A stretch of DNA of 64,000 nucleotides from a virus (IMGVR_UViG_3300031993_000032), one strand, 5' to 3'; positions 19,148 through 28,268 are shown, numbered from the stretch's first letter. Translations and numbers: made by a program. The notes: generated by a model from the sequence alone, not told the origin.

Positions 19148-19320
19148 CTCCTTGGTAATGGTTCAACTTCGTTACATAGACAGAATACACCTGGAGTGCA
19201 GTCCCGTAGCAATCATGCCAGTCGACCGCCCTGGTTCCGGATCACCGCTTCCTGGCGAGCCTTCGCCACCATGTCCCAGTAACTGGGGACAGTTTCAGAA
19301 AAACTATTTGCACTCTCATG

Positions 19321-19377
19321 TTACTTGCTCACTCTTTTGGTCGTTCGTGTGGTTACGATTCGATTTGATTTAGCCAT
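19321..19377 (-). CDS. 18-aa basic micropeptide MAKSNRIVTTRTTKRVSK (paralog c)
   Basis: AAGGAA RBS. Terminator hairpin upstream. Confidence 0.3.
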   Translation of the reverse strand: MAKSNRIVTTRTTKRVSK

Positions 19378-19509
19378 GGATGAATTCCTTTTTATAAAAT
19401 TGTGGGCTACTCGACGGCGTAGCCCATGCCGTTTTTATTTATTGTAGTGTGGCACTACACGCCACAACTACGGCGAATACGAGCGCCATAGCTATGATGT
19501 TGTGCCACT

Positions 19510-19791
19510 TCATTCTTTTAATTCCTTCGCCACGGCTTCAGCTGCTTCGACGGCTTTTTCTTTTGCCTTCTGTGTCACTGCTGCGGCGGCGTCAGAAGCT
19601 TTTTCTTTGGCGGCGTCAGCGGCTTCGGTAGCCTTCGCCTTCGCCGTGTCCGCTGCATTATCCAGCGCCGACTTTACGAAGTCTTTTGTAGCCGTCTTCA
19701 TAGCTTCGCCACTCTGCTTTACTTTTTCGTCGCATGCGGTGACCATAAAGGTGACCAGCACGATACCAGCGATAGATGCAATCTTTTTCAT
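19510..19791 (-). CDS. small lipoprotein (signal peptide + lipobox VTAC), Ala/Lys-rich
   Basis: ORF track. AAGGAAAA RBS. Confidence 0.6.
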   Translation of the reverse strand: MKKIASIAGIVLVTFMVTACDEKVKQSGEAMKTATKDFVKSALDNAADTAKAKATEAADAAKEKASDAAAAVTQKAKEKAVEAAEAVAKELKE

Positions 19792-19858
19792 TTTTATTTT
19801 CCTTTTTGGTTGAGAGTGAAAGGGGAGCGACCACCCAGCCGCTCCCCTAGGTTGATGG

Positions 19859-20023
19859 TTAGTGAATTTTTGACAGCAACGTGTTCACTATCAAAAGATA
19901 TATTACAAACACGCCACAGAAACCGACCACCGTCGGCAACGGCTTCGCACCGCTGAAAACCTTTACCGTGGTCAAGAGTGCCGCTATGGCAATAAGAATA
20001 AGTTTAATGCTGATTCCTTCCAT
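19859..20023 (-). CDS. small 54-aa hydrophobic (TM) peptide
   Basis: AAGAGGA RBS. Not in the ORF track. Confidence 0.35.
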   Translation of the reverse strand: MEGISIKLILIAIAALLTTVKVFSGAKPLPTVVGFCGVFVIYLLIVNTLLSKIH

Positions 20024-20073
20024 AATGTCCTCTTTAGTTAAGGTGAAAAAGTAAAGGGCTTACGCCCTTTACT

Positions 20074-21030
20074 TTATTTTTTGCTAGTGTAGATATAGTT
20101 TGCAGCCTTAATTGCAGCTCGACAAGCTTTTTCTACCATATTCTTATCGCTTCTGAGTGCCCTAGCCCATTCCTTCACGTAGGCTGCGCTCTGTTCGTCG
20201 CACTGTGGAGTATCAAATCCGTTATCGTGCATAATCGCACAAGAGCAAATTTCTGCTATCAATTCCTCGAAAGAATAAGAATTTTTGTCCATACGGTTCG
20301 CCAATTCCCTATTCAGTCGCTTGGAATGTCCAGTGCTATGTGCCAATTCGTGGAATACGTCAGAATAGTAGGCATTAGAATTTTTATAGCTATTCATAGG
20401 CGGTACGTGAATCTTATCCAAACTCGGAGAATATGCTGGAGTAGTATTCACGTGGTCAATGACCATACTCTCACGAGCTTGATAGTCCACAATAATCTTT
20501 TCTGCATCCGCAATCGGATTATTATGGTGTTCCTCGGCCTTTTTCGCAAACTTTAAAGGACAGTCTACCTCTCGGCCTACCTGCCATACAGTAGACGCTT
20601 TCAAGATAGGGAAATGCCCCTTAATAGGTTCACCATTTTCGTCGAGGCGAGGCTTTCCGTCCTCATCCTTCTTTGTGTACTCTACCATACTGTAGAAGTA
20701 CACTCGATGACCCTTGACCACTTTGCCGTTCTCGTCACGCTTGAAAGCTCCCCACACGGAACCATCCTTCACGTTCGTATGGTTGCGTTCGGCTACGCCG
20801 TTCACTGTGACGAACTCGCCTTCGGTGCATCCACCTAAAGCCAGCATCAGCGTGTTAAGGAACGAATATGACTTACCGTCGCTCTTGAGGAATCCGCTTT
20901 CGGTACGGTTCCACTGTTCACGCCACGGAACGCATCCCTTATCCAAACAAGCCAAAAACTTGTCCGTAATGTCCGCCATAATCTCGGCGGATACCTCGCT
21001 TGAGGTCTTTTTTGTTTTCGTGTATGCCAT
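20074..21030 (-). CDS. ardC: ArdC-like antirestriction protein (N-terminal ssDNA-binding domain + C-terminal HExxH zincin)
   Basis: CVPWREQW...SYSFLNTLML in the N-terminal domain. HELAHSTGH...NYI in the C-terminal domain. ACGGAGA RBS. The ORF-track TTG start trimmed to ATG. Confidence 0.7.
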   Translation of the reverse strand: MAYTKTKKTSSEVSAEIMADITDKFLACLDKGCVPWREQWNRTESGFLKSDGKSYSFLNTLMLALGGCTEGEFVTVNGVAERNHTNVKDGSVWGAFKRDENGKVVKGHRVYFYSMVEYTKKDEDGKPRLDENGEPIKGHFPILKASTVWQVGREVDCPLKFAKKAEEHHNNPIADAEKIIVDYQARESMVIDHVNTTPAYSPSLDKIHVPPMNSYKNSNAYYSDVFHELAHSTGHSKRLNRELANRMDKNSYSFEELIAEICSCAIMHDNGFDTPQCDEQSAAYVKEWARALRSDKNMVEKACRAAIKAANYIYTSKK

Positions 21031-21167
21031 AATCAATTCTCCGTTGAGTGGTGTTCCGTAAGCCCCATCGGCTTACATAATCTTAATAATCCCACGAGGC
21101 AGTCCCGTAGGCAGTGTGCCAGTCTGTCGCCGTATACGGCACACAATTGGGGCTTTCGCCCCTTTGT

Positions 21168-21494
21168 CTAAAAGTCTAAGCTCTCTATGAGTCCAAAAAA
21201 TAGCTCATCAATATAGGCCGTCTTATTTTCATTTGGTATATGGTCTAAGTCAAGTGTACGCCGTCCATCGGACGCATATACGTAATTTTCGCCATATTCC
21301 AAGTATATTTTGCGGTTATCCTTGAAATATTCATATGTGCGTGAGCCGTCTTTATGGTACGATATAATGACGGCGTGACGTTCACCAGCTACACAAGAGA
21401 TATTTTCCTCGCCAGCGTATTCTTCGCAAATTGGCAAATCATTTGCCAAAGACATAGCTCCGAGAGTCAAAATTGTTAAAATTTGTTTACGCAT
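21168..21494 (-). CDS. secreted protein (signal peptide)
   Basis: ORF 21168..21506 trimmed to Met5. Confidence 0.5.
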   Translation of the reverse strand: MRKQILTILTLGAMSLANDLPICEEYAGEENISCVAGERHAVIISYHKDGSRTYEYFKDNRKIYLEYGENYVYASDGRRTLDLDHIPNENKTAYIDELFFGLIESLDF

Positions 21495-21702
21495 TGCTTG
21501 CTCCAAGGTTTAAGGTTTAACATAGATTTTTAAAAACATTTGATGCAGTCCCGTATCAACTGTATCAGTCACAGACACACTAAATCAAATAAAAAGGCGG
21601 AGCACCTGGGGTAAGGTGCTCCGCCGTCCCGTCCACCACTACGGAGCATAACTGTTTACCACCTAAGTGATAAAAGGTTATGCCCCCTATTGGGGGCGAA
21701 TT

Positions 21703-22530
21703 TTAATTATTTTCGGCTTCTTGGGCTTCAGCGAGCTTGGCAAGCTTTTCGTAATAATTATCACGAATCTTTGCAAGTTCAGCCAAATCCCAATCTTCGT
21801 CGGTTGTGAACTTAATCGGTTCGCCCTTGATGGTGACCACCGCATTTTCAATTTTTATATTCTGATACGGAGCCGAAGCCATCGTCAGCGTCTTGCCGTC
21901 TGGGCCAAGCTTGTCAGAACCATCTTCGTTTTTCTGAATAATTTCATAGCCGTCTTTGTCGGTTATGGTATAGTCAGTGTTCAGACCGCAAAGCTTGTTA
22001 AAAACTTTTGTGTCCTTGATGACTTGACAAATTTCTTCTTTCTTGACATTCTTGCCGTCAGCCGTCCAAATCGTCTTCGGCGTGCCAGCTCGATATGCCA
22101 CGAAATACATTGTGCTGAGGTCATCTTTCACATAGATAAGTTCGGAGTAGACTGGGAACATACCACGATTCTTGATAGCCTTGGTATACGTCCCTTCTAC
22201 TCCGCCACGCTTCATAATGGCTTCGTTCTTGCGGACATAGTTGAGCTTGGCTCCCAAAGTCACCACATAGTCGCTTGTCTTATGGACGACCTTGAAGGGG
22301 TTAGGCGTGCCCTTGGCGAGCGGAGCGACACCAGCCTTCGCCAAATTGGCGTTGAAAGTGTCAATACGCTTCTGAAGGTCAGAGTCGGTCAACCCTTGTT
22401 CCTTGTCAGCCTTGGAAAGCGACGGCATACGAGCCTTCTGCACACATTCCACATCAGCGTCATAGTGGAAGGACGCAAACGAGTTAGAGAGCTTCTTGAG
22501 AAGCTCAAGGTTCAGTTTCTTGATAGCCAT
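21703..22530 (-). CDS. hypothetical protein (275 aa)
   Basis: ORF 21703..22542 trimmed to Met5 after a TGGAG RBS. Last gene of the cassette-driven array. Confidence 0.55.
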   Translation of the reverse strand: MAIKKLNLELLKKLSNSFASFHYDADVECVQKARMPSLSKADKEQGLTDSDLQKRIDTFNANLAKAGVAPLAKGTPNPFKVVHKTSDYVVTLGAKLNYVRKNEAIMKRGGVEGTYTKAIKNRGMFPVYSELIYVKDDLSTMYFVAYRAGTPKTIWTADGKNVKKEEICQVIKDTKVFNKLCGLNTDYTITDKDGYEIIQKNEDGSDKLGPDGKTLTMASAPYQNIKIENAVVTIKGEPIKFTTDEDWDLAELAKIRDNYYEKLAKLAEAQEAENN

Positions 22531-22700
22531 AATAGACTCCATTGGATAGTGGTGGTGGTGGTGCGGTTATGCCCTAACCGCTAGGTTGTAAGCCCCATTG
22601 GCTTACATAGCTATCATAGGACGGCGAGTCAGTCCCGTGCAAGTTCTGCCAGTCCGAAACGCCGTAAGGGGTTCTGTAGGGGAATAGGTTGCCGAGTGTT

Positions 22701-22745
22701 AGCCTAGGCTACCTAGGTTACCCTAGGCTAAGTTAGCCCAGGCTA
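22701..22745. repeat. tandem CCTAGG(C/T)TA repeats
   Basis: Read directly from the sequence. Confidence 0.6.
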
Positions 22746-22843
22746 AAACGCCGTAGGGCACAATTGGGCACTCTAATTTGGTTCTTGTTTACCAGGGGGC
22801 CCTGCGGGCCCACTCGTGACTCCGCACACTCGCTCCCAACCAG

Positions 22844-22892
22844 TCCAGACGAGTCCCAACCATCCCAACCATCCCAACCAGTCCAGACGAGT
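22844..22892. repeat. two 21-bp direct repeats TCCCAACCAGTCCAGACGAGT flanking CCCAACCAT x2 (iteron-like)
   Basis: Read directly from the sequence. Confidence 0.6.
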
Positions 22893-23027
22893 GCGATCCA
22901 GTACAGACCATTCCTATCCATAGCTAGGGGTCTAGGATAAAGTCTGTCCATTTAATGATTATTTTCCAAGGTACGAAAAGTAAATTTTTCTTTACAAATG
23001 GCGGGTGGTATCCTATTTCGAACCGAT

Positions 23028-23064
23028 ATGGGGTACCTGGGTGGTAGGGGGTATGGGGTACCTG
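23028..23064. repeat. direct repeat ATGGGGTACCTGG x2
   Basis: Read directly from the sequence. Confidence 0.55.
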
Positions 23065-23118
23065 GGGGACTATTTTATACATGGTTCCCTTCTACCCTAC
23101 CCGTCATTTCCTATATGT

Positions 23119-23195
23119 GCCCATGTCCCGATTTTGAAAAATTTTGCCTGGGGCAAACTGGTTCCTATATAGGGAAATTTTTGCTATATTTTTAG
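23119..23195. repeat. about 75-bp direct repeat, copy A (copy B at 23783-23876); copy B has an inserted -35 region
   Basis: Read directly from the sequence. Confidence 0.6.
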
Positions 23196-23256
23196 ATACG
23201 ATAAAGAGAAATAGCATCCACCTTGTCCCCTATGATCGAATAGATGACAGCCTGAT

Positions 23257-23745
23257 ATGAATGTGAGATCGTCGATATATATTCTATCGTTTCTGCTAGC
23301 AGCAACCAGCATAATTCGCGGGATACGAGAACGGTTTCGGTTTGCCGTACGGAACAGTTCTGGTGCCGGACAAATAGACGTACGCCATTACATAGAAATT
23401 AGTCGTTTGGACCGGATGTATTTTATAATACGGAACTGTACTGGAGAATGCTACATACATCCGACGTCGCTATACATTCCGTTCGTTCCGGGGATAGACC
23501 GCGCTCTAGGCAAGATCGGTAGCCAGCTTCGGTTTATCTACAGTGAAGAGATGGACGGATTTCATATATACTTGACGACGTTGAGAGTTAACGGATGCCC
23601 CGAAGACCGTTCGAACATAACTGAGTTCTGTAAGAGACACGGTATACGCAGACGTCGAGTCGAAGAAATAATGGTCAGCATGCAGCGCAGATATGTACAA
23701 TGCTTGGTTGAGCGTGGATTCATCCCTAGCGACGCTACTTTTTGA
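23257..23745 (+). CDS. membrane-anchored protein, paralog family member 1 (N-terminal TM + basic patch)
   Basis: ORF track. GC-rich. No clear RBS. Confidence 0.45.
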   Translation: MNVRSSIYILSFLLAATSIIRGIRERFRFAVRNSSGAGQIDVRHYIEISRLDRMYFIIRNCTGECYIHPTSLYIPFVPGIDRALGKIGSQLRFIYSEEMDGFHIYLTTLRVNGCPEDRSNITEFCKRHGIRRRRVEEIMVSMQRRYVQCLVERGFIPSDATF

Positions 23746-23782
23746 TAGAGACCGATACTCGGTCGGCCTTTTCCCATGGAAG

Positions 23783-23876
23783 CCCATGCCCCGATTTTGA
23801 AAAATTTTGCCTGGGGTGCAAAATGGTTCATATATAGGGGAAATTTGCTGTTATTTGGTCATTTTGCTATATTTGG
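23783..23876. repeat. about 75-bp direct repeat copy B, carrying the promoter TTGCTG-N17-TATATT-N9-ATG for gene 23883
   Basis: Read directly from the sequence. Confidence 0.6.
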
Positions 23877-23882
23877 GGCACA

Positions 23883-24308
23883 ATGGACAGAATTACTGGG
23901 TACATATATCCTTTATTGGCTTTTGGGATAGCCGGTATAGGTGCATGGCGATCCATAGGGGATCGGATGCGTAATTCTCGCCGTACTGACATAAAGGGGA
24001 TATTCGACAAGGGGAATCTCCGTCGTGGTGATCTGGTGCCCTTACGGTTCGAGATGTGGCGGGTAGGGATGAAGTTCCGTCACGGGAAGTGGCGGATGAG
24101 GACTGAGGACTACTATACGGAGACTCGGCTTTACTTGCCGTATGCGGTATACAGGGCTATTGGTAGAGTGAATATGCAGTCCATATTCCTATCGACTTGC
24201 GTACTGTACGTGAGCGACTACTGGATATCGATAACGGACTCGTTGCCTACGAAGGCTATCGACATGGTGAGCGGCGGCATAGTGGCGGAGCTAGTATCTA
24301 GTCCTTAA
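23883..24308 (+). CDS. membrane-anchored protein, paralog family member 2
   Basis: ORF track. Promoter 23845-23873 with ATG 9 nt after the -10. Confidence 0.5.
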   Translation: MDRITGYIYPLLAFGIAGIGAWRSIGDRMRNSRRTDIKGIFDKGNLRRGDLVPLRFEMWRVGMKFRHGKWRMRTEDYYTETRLYLPYAVYRAIGRVNMQSIFLSTCVLYVSDYWISITDSLPTKAIDMVSGGIVAELVSSP

Positions 24309-24356
24309 ATCCATGTATAAATGTATAGGAACATATAAATAAAATAAATTTGAAAC

Positions 24357-25837
24357 TATATAAACTTACTTATGAATTGAAGTTAGTAGGATTTCTTCAG
24401 TTCTAAGAAAGAGTTTAGATGCCCTGAAGACGCTAAATCCTACACTAAGTGTCTTCGGGGCATTTCCTATTATATGATTACGACCGCCCAGAAAATAATG
24501 CTTATCGTAGACAAGAAGACTGCAAGTACGTTGAATCGTGCATGCGGTTGTGCTCGCTACGCATACAACTGGGCTAGGGACACCTGGTTTGCCAAGAAGG
24601 CTGCTGGCCATAAATCGGTGACGTGCGCGGAACTACGCAAAGAGTTCAACGAACAAAAGACTGATTGGATGTACGAGAGTCCCAAAGGCTCTATGGACCA
24701 AGCTATTAAGAACTTCGTTCTCGCCAAGAAACGGCATTACGAGAATCTTGAACTGTTCGGATTTCCCAAGCGTAAGAAATACAAGTCTAAGCGGTCATTC
24801 TACATAGAGAACGACAAGGCGAGGATAGTCGATCCTACTCGTGTCAAGTTGCCGTTAATCAAGCTTCCAGTCAGACTGGCGGAGCCAGTGCGGCTAGAAT
24901 GCCTATCTGGTAAGATAAACAACTTCGTTGTATCTAAGGGAAGCAACGACCGTTGGTACATCTCGATTTCCTATACTTACGATGACACTAATAGTTTGTA
25001 TGGAACTGGTGAGAATGGCCTTGTCGGTATAGACATAGGAGTTAAGACGCTGATGCAGTTATCGACAGGGGAATGCGTCGCCAATGAGCATATCAACAAG
25101 ACGCATTGCAAGCGACTTAGACGATATCAGAGGATGATGTCCCGCCGTAAGTATAATTCTACGCATTACAAGGACATCAAGAAGACTTTCAACAAGCAGA
25201 ATGCTTATATCAAGAACTTCAGAAAGGACTTGATACACAAGGCGACGACAGAGATTGTCAAGCACAATATGGTTGTCGCCATAGAGGACTTGAACGTCAA
25301 GGGAATGATGTCCAATCATAAGTTGGCGTCGGCGATTTCGGACTGCGGATTCGGCATGATCCGTAGGTTCCTTGAATACAAAAGTGCCAAGTACGGAACA
25401 TTACTTTTGAAGGTGAACCGATGGTTCCCATCCAGCAAAACTTGTTCCGGGTGTGGACATACGAAAGAAAAACTTTCATTGTCCGAACGAGAGTTCATCT
25501 GTGAGGAATGCGGACTGGTTATCGACCGAGATACTAACGCCGCAATCAATATCCTTGCAGAAGCCTTGTTCAATGAACTATATAAGAGATTCAATACCGA
25601 CATTGCCCGTCGGAAATTCACGCCAGCGGACTTGGTAGCTCTGGCCTCATCCCTTTCGGGATCTGGTGAACCTACCGAGGTCGATGCTCATTGCTTACTT
25701 ACCAGAGATGGTAGGGCGGCTATGGTGGACGATTTCTTCAATCGTCTATGGAATCAAGTTGCTATCGCAACCGTAAATCGCTATATTTAAGTCATAGACA
25801 ATTCCGTCTATACTTTTATATACATTTTATGAGGCAG
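24357..25837 (+). mobile_element. IS200/IS605-family element carrying only tnpB (copy 1); the left-end hairpin co-varies with copy 3
   Basis: Ends mapped by aligning this copy to the one at 56125-57591. About 90 percent protein identity between the two tnpB genes. Confidence 0.65.
24474..25790 (+). CDS. tnpB: TnpB (OrfB_IS605) RNA-guided nuclease-like protein, 438 aa
   Basis: RuvC motifs and a C-terminal CxxC...CxxC zinc finger (CSGCGH...CEECG...DRDTNAAINI). Confidence 0.85.
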   Translation: MITTAQKIMLIVDKKTASTLNRACGCARYAYNWARDTWFAKKAAGHKSVTCAELRKEFNEQKTDWMYESPKGSMDQAIKNFVLAKKRHYENLELFGFPKRKKYKSKRSFYIENDKARIVDPTRVKLPLIKLPVRLAEPVRLECLSGKINNFVVSKGSNDRWYISISYTYDDTNSLYGTGENGLVGIDIGVKTLMQLSTGECVANEHINKTHCKRLRRYQRMMSRRKYNSTHYKDIKKTFNKQNAYIKNFRKDLIHKATTEIVKHNMVVAIEDLNVKGMMSNHKLASAISDCGFGMIRRFLEYKSAKYGTLLLKVNRWFPSSKTCSGCGHTKEKLSLSEREFICEECGLVIDRDTNAAINILAEALFNELYKRFNTDIARRKFTPADLVALASSLSGSGEPTEVDAHCLLTRDGRAAMVDDFFNRLWNQVAIATVNRYI

Positions 25838-25845
25838 TACGTCCG

Positions 25846-26343
25846 GTGAGGCTGTTGATACCGATAATAGCGTTCTTGCTGTCCGGCATAGGGATATTCC
25901 GTTCCATACGTAGACGTGTGAGGTTCGTCATGAATCCGGGCTACAGGGGCTGGATCGACACCGACAGCATACCGCCACATAGGCTTGACGCCATGTACTT
26001 CTGCGTGGAGTACCTCGGAGTGAAGCACTACACGTTCACGAGGATGTACATGCCGAGGTGGATAGGGGACGTGTACATGGACAAGGTACGGTTCCGCATA
26101 AGGGACAACTACCGTACGGAGCTGAAGGGAGGCCGGATGTACGTGGAGTACGACGTTCCGAGGTGCGTGACGGTAGAGTGCAACGGCTACACGATGATCC
26201 GCGAGGAGCACCAGCTCGACACGTTCCTGAGGAAGAGCGGGGTACGGCAGCAGACCTTGATAGCGGTGATGAACGACTACAGGCGTACCATGTACCGTGA
26301 GCTGGTGAAGGACGGCATGATGAAGGAGAGCGACCTCAAGTGA
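25846..26343 (+). CDS. membrane-anchored protein, paralog 3 (GTG start immediately after the IS right end)
   Basis: ORF track. The GAGG in the IS terminal sequence lies 10 nt upstream of the GTG. Confidence 0.5.
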   Translation: MRLLIPIIAFLLSGIGIFRSIRRRVRFVMNPGYRGWIDTDSIPPHRLDAMYFCVEYLGVKHYTFTRMYMPRWIGDVYMDKVRFRIRDNYRTELKGGRMYVEYDVPRCVTVECNGYTMIREEHQLDTFLRKSGVRQQTLIAVMNDYRRTMYRELVKDGMMKESDLK

Positions 26344-26798
26344 AAAGATTTCTTTACATAGTGTACGGGCTGTTTGCTGCGGGTGCTGTACGGAAGTTCT
26401 GGAAGGACGTCGGTAAGCACCGGGAGTTCAAGGTGATGTGCAACCGGTACGACATGCGGAGCAGCTGGTTCAATGTGAAGCTGGTGTACGTGAGGGACAC
26501 TCTGATAGGGAGCAGCCGGATCGACGGCGGCAACGTGAAGCTTCGGCACTACATCGTGAGCGGGTACTTCCGTCGGTTCCGCTGCCGTGGTGCGAGCAGC
26601 AACGTCGACGTGATGTGCGAGCTAAGGAAGGCGATGGACATATATATCAAGAGGCACGGCGGACTTGCGAAGGGGATCGACTACAGTCTGGCACCGATGC
26701 CCGCCTACGTGGGCGGCGTGGAGTACCGTGGGAACAAGGGTCTTGAGGACTTCGACCTGGTCAAGGAAGCCTTCTACGGCATACCGAGGGAACTATGA
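26340..26798 (+). CDS. membrane-anchored protein, paralog 4
   Basis: ORF track. Start overlaps the upstream stop. Confidence 0.5.
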   Translation: MKRFLYIVYGLFAAGAVRKFWKDVGKHREFKVMCNRYDMRSSWFNVKLVYVRDTLIGSSRIDGGNVKLRHYIVSGYFRRFRCRGASSNVDVMCELRKAMDIYIKRHGGLAKGIDYSLAPMPAYVGGVEYRGNKGLEDFDLVKEAFYGIPREL

Positions 26799-27262
26799 GG
26801 TCGTTGCCGTGGCTGTTCTACATACTGGCCGGGGTTCTGGCGATAAGGGACTTCCTTGGGAAGGTGACCTCGCACATGAAGTTCCACACGCTTCTGAGGT
26901 CGTTCGGCAACGGCTACAGCAGCGTGGTGGCCGAGATCCATTACTGCGTGACTTACGACTACGTTGACGGATCGGGTCTGACCAAGCACTGCATAGAGAC
27001 CGTGAGGAGCGATCGTCAAAGGCTGTTCCGCATAAAGGGAGACTGGAGTCCGGAGACCGTGCTGCAGCTGGTCGAGTGCGAGCTTGTCCGACGGATCAAG
27101 CCCCGGTTCGACCTAGTCCATTCCGTGAGGGTACAACAGGCGACAAACATATCGGAATGGCATACACCGGTTTCCAAGGTGAAGTACGTGTCCGATGCGG
27201 TGAGGGACGAGATGCTGCGTATCGAGTTCGTGTTCATGGGGCTGCCGAGGAATGTCGGATGA
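26795..27262 (+). CDS. membrane-anchored protein, paralog 5
   Basis: ORF track. Start overlaps the upstream stop. Confidence 0.5.
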   Translation: MRSLPWLFYILAGVLAIRDFLGKVTSHMKFHTLLRSFGNGYSSVVAEIHYCVTYDYVDGSGLTKHCIETVRSDRQRLFRIKGDWSPETVLQLVECELVRRIKPRFDLVHSVRVQQATNISEWHTPVSKVKYVSDAVRDEMLRIEFVFMGLPRNVG

Positions 27263-27738
27263 GGTACTGGAAGGAGATAGCTTACTGTATCGCCGGGATA
27301 CTTGCGGTATGGCGGATGTCGAAGCTGAGCACGATCGACTTCATGCGCACGTACCACTGGAGAGGCGGAGTATGGTGGTTCCGGGTTGCGCTGATGTTCC
27401 GCAGTGGGGACGGAGGATTCCTGTACCGAATAAGGAAGTTCCGTGTGGCTCACATAATGTCTGCTGTCGGCGCATCCAACCACATCAAGGCGATGCTGCC
27501 CAAGGAACTGATCGAGGGTATCGACCGCAGCAGCGTATGGATCTGTATGGCCGATACCAACCAGGATCTGACCATGGACGACCTATACGACTTCTACGGT
27601 CTCGGCGACAAGGAAGCGTTCATGGCGAGTCTTGACTCACACGAAAGGTGGCTAGTCAACGAGGTCGGCAAGGCGTTCGACGAGCTTCCGGAGAAAATCG
27701 AGGTCAAGCAGCCGATACACCTTTTCCACAGGAACTAG
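27259..27738 (+). CDS. membrane-anchored protein, paralog 6
   Basis: ORF 27076..27738 trimmed to Met62 (ATGA overlap with the upstream gene). Confidence 0.5.
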   Translation: MRYWKEIAYCIAGILAVWRMSKLSTIDFMRTYHWRGGVWWFRVALMFRSGDGGFLYRIRKFRVAHIMSAVGASNHIKAMLPKELIEGIDRSSVWICMADTNQDLTMDDLYDFYGLGDKEAFMASLDSHERWLVNEVGKAFDELPEKIEVKQPIHLFHRN

Positions 27739-27740
27739 AA

Positions 27741-28268
27741 ATGATTAGGGCGATAGGTTTCGTATTTTATTCCGTATTTGCCGTGCTTGCCTTCAAGCGA
27801 ATGGTTAGGAACATCCGACAGTTCCGCAGCAACTACATATCCAAGCGTACATGCAGTCCGCACGTGGTCAAGGTACACGTCCGTCTTCTGGTGACCGTGG
27901 CAAGGACTGCGTACATACTTAGCGAGCGAACGATCCTCATACAGGCGTTCCCCAAGATCGCAAACTTCAATATCGTGATCGACGATGAGTTCCGCAAGAA
28001 GACGTCGAGGTTCGTTCTGGAGAAGCTCTGCCGGATATACAACGTTCGGTTCGGAGACCACTACGAGTTCCGTTGCTACATTTCCGCATATACAAGGAAG
28101 TGCGAGGACGACACTGCCGTGATTGCGACCGCACTTAAGGCCATGCACCACACGAAGGAGGCTTTCTTGCTCAAGTACCCTAAGTACCGTGCGGATATCG
28201 AGAGGATCGTGGACTGGTTCGAACACGAGTCGCTTTCCGACCCGGTGACGATGGAGAAGATGCCATGA
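27741..28268 (+). CDS. membrane-anchored protein, paralog 7
   Basis: ORF 27648..28268 trimmed to Met32. Confidence 0.5.
   Translation: MIRAIGFVFYSVFAVLAFKRMVRNIRQFRSNYISKRTCSPHVVKVHVRLLVTVARTAYILSERTILIQAFPKIANFNIVIDDEFRKKTSRFVLEKLCRIYNVRFGDHYEFRCYISAYTRKCEDDTAVIATALKAMHHTKEAFLLKYPKYRADIERIVDWFEHESLSDPVTMEKMP

Noticed and set aside
818-22660. CRISPR array interpretation of the reiterated CAGTCCCG hairpins
   Set aside because: The units are 450-900 bp apart with genes in between, not regular 25-40 nt spacers. Their flanks contain translation signals. No cas genes other than tnpB relatives are present.
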